A stretch of 23,609 nt of DNA, taken from positions 1-23,609 of the forward strand of contig JAKQQL010000021.1 of NCBI GenBank assembly GCA_029564175.1, given 5' to 3'. Positions 18,055 through 23,609 of this stretch are shown here, piece after piece. Each line of letters opens with the position of its first letter. The stretch's first letter is position 1. The position numbers were made by a program, and so were the translations under genes. Under the pieces are notes generated by a model, which did not search any database, was not told the origin of the DNA, and worked only from the letters and a program-made list of their open reading frames with translations. The DNA is from Candidatus Cloacimonadota bacterium (GTDB taxonomy: Bacteria > Cloacimonadota > Cloacimonadia > Cloacimonadales > WRIO01).

Positions 18055-19278
18055 TTACACAGAATTATCTTTGCATAGGGGGATATAGACTTTAAATTCG
18101 GTGCCTTCACCAGGAGTAGAATTTAAACGGATAAAGCCGTTCAGGTCGTTGATGGCTTTATAACTGAAATGCAAACCCAATCCTGTGCCAATGGGTGCAT
18201 TCTCATCATCACCCTTCTCTCTTGGTTTTGTTGTAAAGAAAGGATTGAAAATCTTATCCTGAATCTCGTTTGGAATTCCATGTCCATTATCTTTAACAGA
18301 AAACCAGACATAGTCTTTTTCCAAACCACTGCTAATAACTATCTCAGGAGATTCAATCGTGTAAAGTTCTTCAATCGCATTTTTTAAGATATTGCCGAAG
18401 ACTTGGGATATCACAGCTACTGAAGCTTTTAAGGGTAAGGGATAATCAGCACGGATAAAGTTTTTGTTGACTTCATGTTTAAAGAATTGGTTGGCAGAGA
18501 AGAAATTCAACTCATGATCAATCATTTCATTTAAATCAAAAATTTCGATATCCTCATTATGATCATTTGCGCTCTTTACCAGTAGAGAATTGACCATTTT
18601 GTTGATACGTTCAATCGCCTGATCAACAATCTTGTAACTTTTTTGCATCAGGCTGATATAGCCTAGCAATGATTCATTTGTCATCACCTGATAACCCCCA
18701 TTTTGAAGGATATCTTCATTTCTGATTTCCATGAGCTCAACACGCTGTTTAGCAATGGTTATAGGTGCTCTGAGGTTATGAACAATTCCTTGAATCACTT
18801 CTGCATAAGCAGCTTCCTTTTCTTTTTTTATCAGTTGTTTAGTCGCATCATCCAGTAAATACTGAAGCGTTTGTTTATCTTCTTTGAGCCGTTTATTGTA
18901 TTCTGAAAGTGTAATCTGATTTTTCACTCTGACCAGAAACTCCAGATTGTTAAATGGTTTACTGATATATTCATTGCCTCCCAATCTGAAGGCTTCAGCA
19001 ATGGTAACCGGATCATTGAGAGAAGTAAGGAAAATGATAGGGATATCGGCAGTTGCAGGATTTTTTTTGAGATGACCTGCAAGATCAAATCCTGACATTT
19101 CAGGCATCATAATATCTAGTAAAATCAGATCATACTGTTTCTGACTTAATCTTTCAAGCGCTTCCTGACCATTTTCTGCATGATCCGCTTCAAATTCAAG
19201 CTCTTTTAAAATCATCATGCCCATATGAATACTAATCATATCGTCATCAATTATTAAAATGTTTTTCTTCTCTGTCAT
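18055..19278 (-). CDS. Hybrid response regulator-histidine kinase (REC-HisKA-HATPase)
   Basis: [28 protein letters not shown]-box [36 protein letters not shown]. Confidence 0.95.
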   Translation of the reverse strand: MTEKKNILIIDDDMISIHMGMMILKELEFEADHAENGQEALERLSQKQYDLILLDIMMPEMSGFDLAGHLKKNPATADIPIIFLTSLNDPVTIAEAFRLGGNEYISKPFNNLEFLVRVKNQITLSEYNKRLKEDKQTLQYLLDDATKQLIKKEKEAAYAEVIQGIVHNLRAPITIAKQRVELMEIRNEDILQNGGYQVMTNESLLGYISLMQKSYKIVDQAIERINKMVNSLLVKSANDHNEDIEIFDLNEMIDHELNFFSANQFFKHEVNKNFIRADYPLPLKASVAVISQVFGNILKNAIEELYTIESPEIVISSGLEKDYVWFSVKDNGHGIPNEIQDKIFNPFFTTKPREKGDDENAPIGTGLGLHFSYKAINDLNGFIRLNSTPGEGTEFKVYIPLCKDNSV

Positions 19279-21830
19279 AAAACCTCCCAGTATTTATATA
19301 CTTCTTCCGTTAATAATTCAAATTCCTGTTGTAATTGCATCAGCAGAATCATTTGCTGTTTTTTATCAGTATCAAATGAATGCTCCAGCTTTTTGGCAAT
19401 ATCTGACATCATTTGCATACAGGTATTGGCATTAGAGCCTTTCAATTTATGAGCCAGCAGTTTGATATTATCTTTATCCTGTGTTTCGATTGCTAATTTC
19501 AGGTTATCCAGATCTCTGGCATTTTGCCTGTAACTCAGGGCAATCATATCTTTCATAAATTCATGGTTACCCGACACTTTATGCAGTAATCCATCACTGT
19601 CAAAATGTATGTTTTTACTTTTATTCTCATTTTGATAGACGGGTTCACTTTTTAGATTGACATTGAAATATCTTACAAAAATATCATTAAACTGAGATTG
19701 ATCAATTGGCTTGGTTAAAAAATCATCCATTCCTGCTTGTTTGCATTTTTCGCGTTCATCTTTCAGAGCACCTGCTGTAATGGCAATAATGGGGGTGTAC
19801 AGGTGATGTTCTTTTTCATATTTTCTGATTTCTAAACTGGCTTCGTAACCATTTTTAACAGGCATCTGAATATCCATGAAGACAAGATTGGGCTTGTACT
19901 GATGATAATATCTGACTGCTTCATCTCCATTGTAAGCCTCAATAATTTCTGTCTGACAATCCAATTTTTCAATCAGCGCCTGTATCAGGTGAATATTGAG
20001 CAAGACATCATCAGCAATGAGTATCTTAATTTTTTGTTCTGTATGAAAACCATCGGGTATTTTAGTTGCTTGAGGTGCCTGAGTTTCATTTAAATTCAAG
20101 TGTTGGGGCAGGTTTTTAATGAACTGATATAATTCCTGTGCCTTAACAGGTTTAACAAGATGAAAACGAATCCCCATCAATTGACAAGCCTGATGCAGTT
20201 TTTGATCATCAGAAGAGCTATGAAGCAAAATAACCGGCATCTTATCCGGACTGAGTTTGAGCTTTTCTCTGATGAGGCGTATGGTTTCCAGTCCATCCAG
20301 ATAAGGCATGTGATAATCTACGATAATCAGATCAAAAGGCTCTTTGGTACTGAGAATATTCATGGCAGTAAGTCCATTGTCACAGCCTTCATAATCAATA
20401 CCCCAGTGTTTCAGATTATGTTCCAGTATCATCCGGTTGTTCTCATTGTCATCAATGACCAGTACTCTTTTTACCGGTAATTCTTGATCTGTCTCTTGCA
20501 TTTCTTCAGGGAAATGGCGGGTTCTGACTGTAAAATAAAATTCAGACCCTTTGCCAGGCTCACTATTCAGTTCAATCTTACCTCCCATTTTCTCTGCCAG
20601 CATGTTGGAAATAATCAAACCCAGACCCGTTCCGCCGTACTTTCTGGTCGTTGAACTGTCTGCCTGAGAAAAGGCTTTGAAGAGTTTTGTTTTTTGTTCT
20701 TCTGATAAACCGATTCCGGTATCTCTCACAGAAAAGCGATAATCAGCCAGTGCGTTATCTACCTGATGATACGTTACTTTGAGCTCAACTTCGCCTTTTT
20801 CAGTGAACTTTACTGCATTATTTAGTAAATTGATAATGATCTGTTTTAGACGGATTGGGTCAAATTCTGCTGTTTGACTAATATCCAGAGGAATGTTCAA
20901 AAGCAGTTCCAATCCTTTTTTAGAGGCATGATATTTGATAATGTCTGCACATTGTTCCATCATCTGAACCACGTTGCTTTTTATGATATCAAGCTCAAGC
21001 TTTCCTGCTTCAATCTTGGAGAAATCAAGAATATCATTTACGATACCGAGTAGTGCCTGCCCTGAGATATTGGCATTACTGGCATATTGTTTTTGAGTAT
21101 TGTTGAGAGGGGTTTGCAAGAGTAACTCCGTAAAGCCGATAACCGCATTCAATGGAGTCCTGATTTCATGGCTCATATTGGCTAAGAATTCAGATTTAGC
21201 CTGACTGGCTGCATTTGCTTTCTGTAAAGCCAGGTCGAGGTGTTTATTCTTTTCTTCGAGTTCCAGGGCGTATTGTTTCAGGCTCATATCGGTTTTCTGT
21301 CTGTTTCGTACATTCACCAGCATCTGAGCAAAGAGGAGAAGGATATCTCTCTCTTTCTCTGTATAATTATGATAATTGCTAACAGAATCAAAGCCGACAA
21401 ATCCCGTACAATCTCCTTTGTCCATGATTGCAATCGTTATCAGGCTTTTTACGCCCTGAGGTTCGAGAATGACTCTGACCCCGTCAGTTTCTTCGAGCGC
21501 ATATACATCCGGGATATACATGGTATCCCCTCTTTTGTGGGTCTCTACCCAGTAAGGAATTAATTCCAGGGGCACCTGCTGTAAATTTTCAATCTCAGGG
21601 CTGATGCCTTCAGCACACCATTCATAGGTATTGTTGCAGACATCATTTACCCAGTCATAATCAAAGATATAAGCCCTGTCAGCTTTAACAAAGGTTGCCA
21701 GCTCCCCTAAGGTCTTGTTAATAATATTCTCTACGTCTCTCAGCTCAACATTGATATATTTAGTTGCAATATTCATTAAAATCGTCTGTAAATCAGAAAG
21801 TTTTTGTAATTCTAAATTGCTGTCATTCAT
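19275..21830 (-). CDS. Cytoplasmic hybrid sensor histidine kinase (GAF-HisKA-HATPase-REC-REC-Hpt)
   Basis: GAF ([23 protein letters not shown]), [27 protein letters not shown], two receiver domains (DYHMP, DIQMP) and Hpt [16 protein letters not shown]. Confidence 0.95.
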   Translation of the reverse strand: MNDSNLELQKLSDLQTILMNIATKYINVELRDVENIINKTLGELATFVKADRAYIFDYDWVNDVCNNTYEWCAEGISPEIENLQQVPLELIPYWVETHKRGDTMYIPDVYALEETDGVRVILEPQGVKSLITIAIMDKGDCTGFVGFDSVSNYHNYTEKERDILLLFAQMLVNVRNRQKTDMSLKQYALELEEKNKHLDLALQKANAASQAKSEFLANMSHEIRTPLNAVIGFTELLLQTPLNNTQKQYASNANISGQALLGIVNDILDFSKIEAGKLELDIIKSNVVQMMEQCADIIKYHASKKGLELLLNIPLDISQTAEFDPIRLKQIIINLLNNAVKFTEKGEVELKVTYHQVDNALADYRFSVRDTGIGLSEEQKTKLFKAFSQADSSTTRKYGGTGLGLIISNMLAEKMGGKIELNSEPGKGSEFYFTVRTRHFPEEMQETDQELPVKRVLVIDDNENNRMILEHNLKHWGIDYEGCDNGLTAMNILSTKEPFDLIIVDYHMPYLDGLETIRLIREKLKLSPDKMPVILLHSSSDDQKLHQACQLMGIRFHLVKPVKAQELYQFIKNLPQHLNLNETQAPQATKIPDGFHTEQKIKILIADDVLLNIHLIQALIEKLDCQTEIIEAYNGDEAVRYYHQYKPNLVFMDIQMPVKNGYEASLEIRKYEKEHHLYTPIIAITAGALKDEREKCKQAGMDDFLTKPIDQSQFNDIFVRYFNVNLKSEPVYQNENKSKNIHFDSDGLLHKVSGNHEFMKDMIALSYRQNARDLDNLKLAIETQDKDNIKLLAHKLKGSNANTCMQMMSDIAKKLEHSFDTDKKQQMILLMQLQQEFELLTEEVYKYWEVL

Positions 21831-21846
21831 TTAATCTCCTGTTATT

Positions 21847-22584
21847 GTAGCGCAAACTACCAGTTTGTTTTGTGTTGTAGCGCAAACTACCAGTTTGCGT
21901 AGTACCAGCTTTAAGCTTTTTCTTAGCAAGCAGGTTGCTTGCTCTACAATGGGTTTGCGTTGGTATAGTGTTGTAGCGCAAACTACTAGTTTGCGTATTA
22001 TCATCTTTATGCTTTTACTTAGCAAGCAGGTTGCTTGCTCTACAACGAGTTTGTGTTGTATCGCAAACTACTAGTTTGCGTTGAACCATCTTTATGTTTT
22101 TTCTTAGCAAGCAGGTTGCTTGCTCTACAATAGGTTTGTATTGTGTTGTAGCGCAAACTACCAGTTTGCGTAGTACCAGCTTTATGCTTTTTCTTAGCAA
22201 GCAGGTTGCTTGCTCTACAATGGGTTTGCGTTGGTATAGTGTTGTAGCGCAAGCTACCAGTTTGCGTAGTACCAGCTTTATGTTTTTTCTTAGCAAGCAG
22301 GTTGCTTGCTCTACTACCAGTTTGCGTTGAATCATCTTTATACTTTTTCTTAGCAAGCAGGTTGCTTGCTCTACAATGGGTTTGCGTTGTGTTGTATCGC
22401 AAACTACCAGTTTGCGTAATATCAGCTTTATGCTTTTTCTTAGCAAGCAGGTTGCTTGCTCTACAATAGGTTTACGTAGTATCAGCTTTATGCTTTTACT
22501 TAGCAAGCAGGTTGCTTGCTCTACAACGAGTTTGCGTAGTATCAGCTTTATGCTTTTACTTAGCAAGCAGGTTGCTTGCTCTAC
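21847..22584. repeat. Tandem REP/REPIN array downstream of the RAYT gene
   Basis: 9 identical B copies (agcaagcaggttgcttgctctac) at 21925, 22021, 22106, 22196, 22292, 22352, 22442, 22502 and 22562. 7 A copies (gta(g/t)cgcaaactac(c/t)agtttgcg-like) at 21847, 21877, 21973, 22058, 22148, 22244 and 22394. Confidence 0.97.
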
Positions 22585-22588
22585 TACA

Positions 22589-23245
22589 TTAAATATCATT
22601 TCCAAAGATCTCCTGATTGATATAAGTATAAGGCCATTTTTGATAGTCATCTGTCAATCCTGCTTTTACAGGATTATTTAAAATATAATAAAATTCATGC
22701 ATAAAATCCTTTTCATTTCGAACCATGTGGTCATAATTCTCATGCATCCAAAATGCTTTGTTCTCTTTAAGAATACCATTACACTTATTAGCAGAATAGC
22801 TTTTGATGCTGTGCATGATCTTTGATATGGGAAAAACTAAATTATCCTTGTTTTTAATTGGTTCAATTAAAAGATGAACATGATTTGGCATCACACAGTA
22901 AGAATAAAGCAAATACCTTTTATTATGCCAGTAATGTAAGCAGTCTTGAACGATTTCAACAAACACCGGATTCTGTAAATAGGATTTATCATTCTGAATT
23001 CCGGCTAAAAATTCATCATAGCGTTCATAATAATTTTTTCTGAAAGACTTGCGATAAAGTTCTTTTTCTTCTTTTTCTAATTTATTTATAGTCTCCTGGT
23101 ATATCATTTTTTCTTTTCTTAAAAGAATTAGGACTTCATTTGGAAGTGTAAATGCCAATCTGAATGTAATAGCAATTACCGCATAATCTTGTTGGATATG
23201 TGGTAATCTTCTTCTATAAAATGGTTGATAACTAAGTCTATTCAT
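22589..23245 (-). CDS. REP-associated tyrosine transposase (RAYT/TnpA-REP; Y1 HUH, IS200/IS605 superfamily)
   Basis: RRRLPH, ITFRLA..LP, HUH motif YCVMPNHVHLLI, SIKSYSA, FWMHENYDHMVRN, catalytic YILNNPVKAGL and WPY. Flanked by GTAG hairpins; no tnpB or IS200 ends seen. Confidence 0.92.
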   Translation of the reverse strand: MNRLSYQPFYRRRLPHIQQDYAVIAITFRLAFTLPNEVLILLRKEKMIYQETINKLEKEEKELYRKSFRKNYYERYDEFLAGIQNDKSYLQNPVFVEIVQDCLHYWHNKRYLLYSYCVMPNHVHLLIEPIKNKDNLVFPISKIMHSIKSYSANKCNGILKENKAFWMHENYDHMVRNEKDFMHEFYYILNNPVKAGLTDDYQKWPYTYINQEIFGNDI

Positions 23246-23289
23246 TATTTATCCATCAATTTGTACAGGTAATGTGATAAGTATGTGTT

Positions 23290-23609
23290 GTAGCGCAAAC
23301 TACCAGTTTGCGTATTATCAGCATTATGTTTTTTCTTAGCAAGCAGGTTGCTTGCTCTACAACGGATTTGCGTAGTATCAGCATTATGCTTTTTCTTAGC
23401 AAGCAGGTTGCTTGCTCTACAATGGGTTTGCGTGGTGTTGTAGCGCAAACTACCAGTTTGCGTTGAACCATCTTTATGCTTTTTCTTAGCAAGCAGGTTG
23501 CTTGCTCTACAATGGGTTTGCGTAGTATCATCTTTATGTTTTTTCTTAGCAAGCAGGTTGCTTGCTCTACAAGGGGTATGCGTAGTATGAGCTTTATGTT
23601 TTTTCTTAG
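23290..23609. repeat. Tandem REP/REPIN array upstream of the RAYT gene (runs off the window)
   Basis: A copies at 23290 and 23440; B copies at 23338, 23398, 23488 and 23548, with a truncated one at 23608 (spacing 60, 90, 60, 60). Confidence 0.97.

Noticed and set aside
21831..22681. Repeat-protein ORFs (22015..22650, 22040..22402, 21865..22074, 22094..22330, 22376..22681, 21831..22025)
   Set aside because: These are translations of the DNA array, open on both strands and in several frames, and some overlap the RAYT 3' end. Not called as CDS.
22589..23245. Classical IS200/IS605 element or TnpB/IscB OMEGA system
   Set aside because: No tnpB/iscB gene or single LE/RE subterminal hairpins; the motifs (RLPH, MPNHVH, YDH..R, NPVKAG) and GTAG REPs indicate a RAYT.
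23245..23552. ORFs 23245..23448 and 23256..23552
   Set aside because: Same array-derived open frames.
21847..23609. CRISPR array
   Set aside because: The intervening segments are homologous to one another rather than unique spacers, the period is irregular (60/85/90/96), there are two opposed repeat types, no cas gene is present, and the neighbour is a RAYT.

Overview
AT-rich bacterial chromosomal segment. The FlgD-Ig/T9SS-like C-terminus of the secreted protein suggests a Cloacimonadota/FCB-like host, but this is inference only. Left to right: the right end of an IS4-family (IS50/Tn5-like) element; a Dna2-like nuclease-SF1 helicase; a minus-strand run (PK_C-domain protein, nadE, Cys-rich TPR protein, ribD, mlaE-like permease, degenerate mlaF-like ATPase); a solute-binding protein; a secreted FlgD-Ig protein plus a UPF0158 protein; an orphan DUF4373 phage-type replication initiator with a partner ORF; an MCP; a two-gene hybrid kinase phosphorelay; and a REP-associated tyrosine transposase (RAYT). 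The main signal is the RAYT. It sits between two same-orientation tandem arrays of 23-nt GTAG-hairpin REPs (0.74 kb, and more than 0.3 kb running off the window). Covarying copies of the same 4+8+3+8 hairpin and at least four other repeat families fill most of the longer intergenic regions, sometimes nested or bracketing genes as direct repeats. The IS4 element appears to have inserted into one of these repeats.
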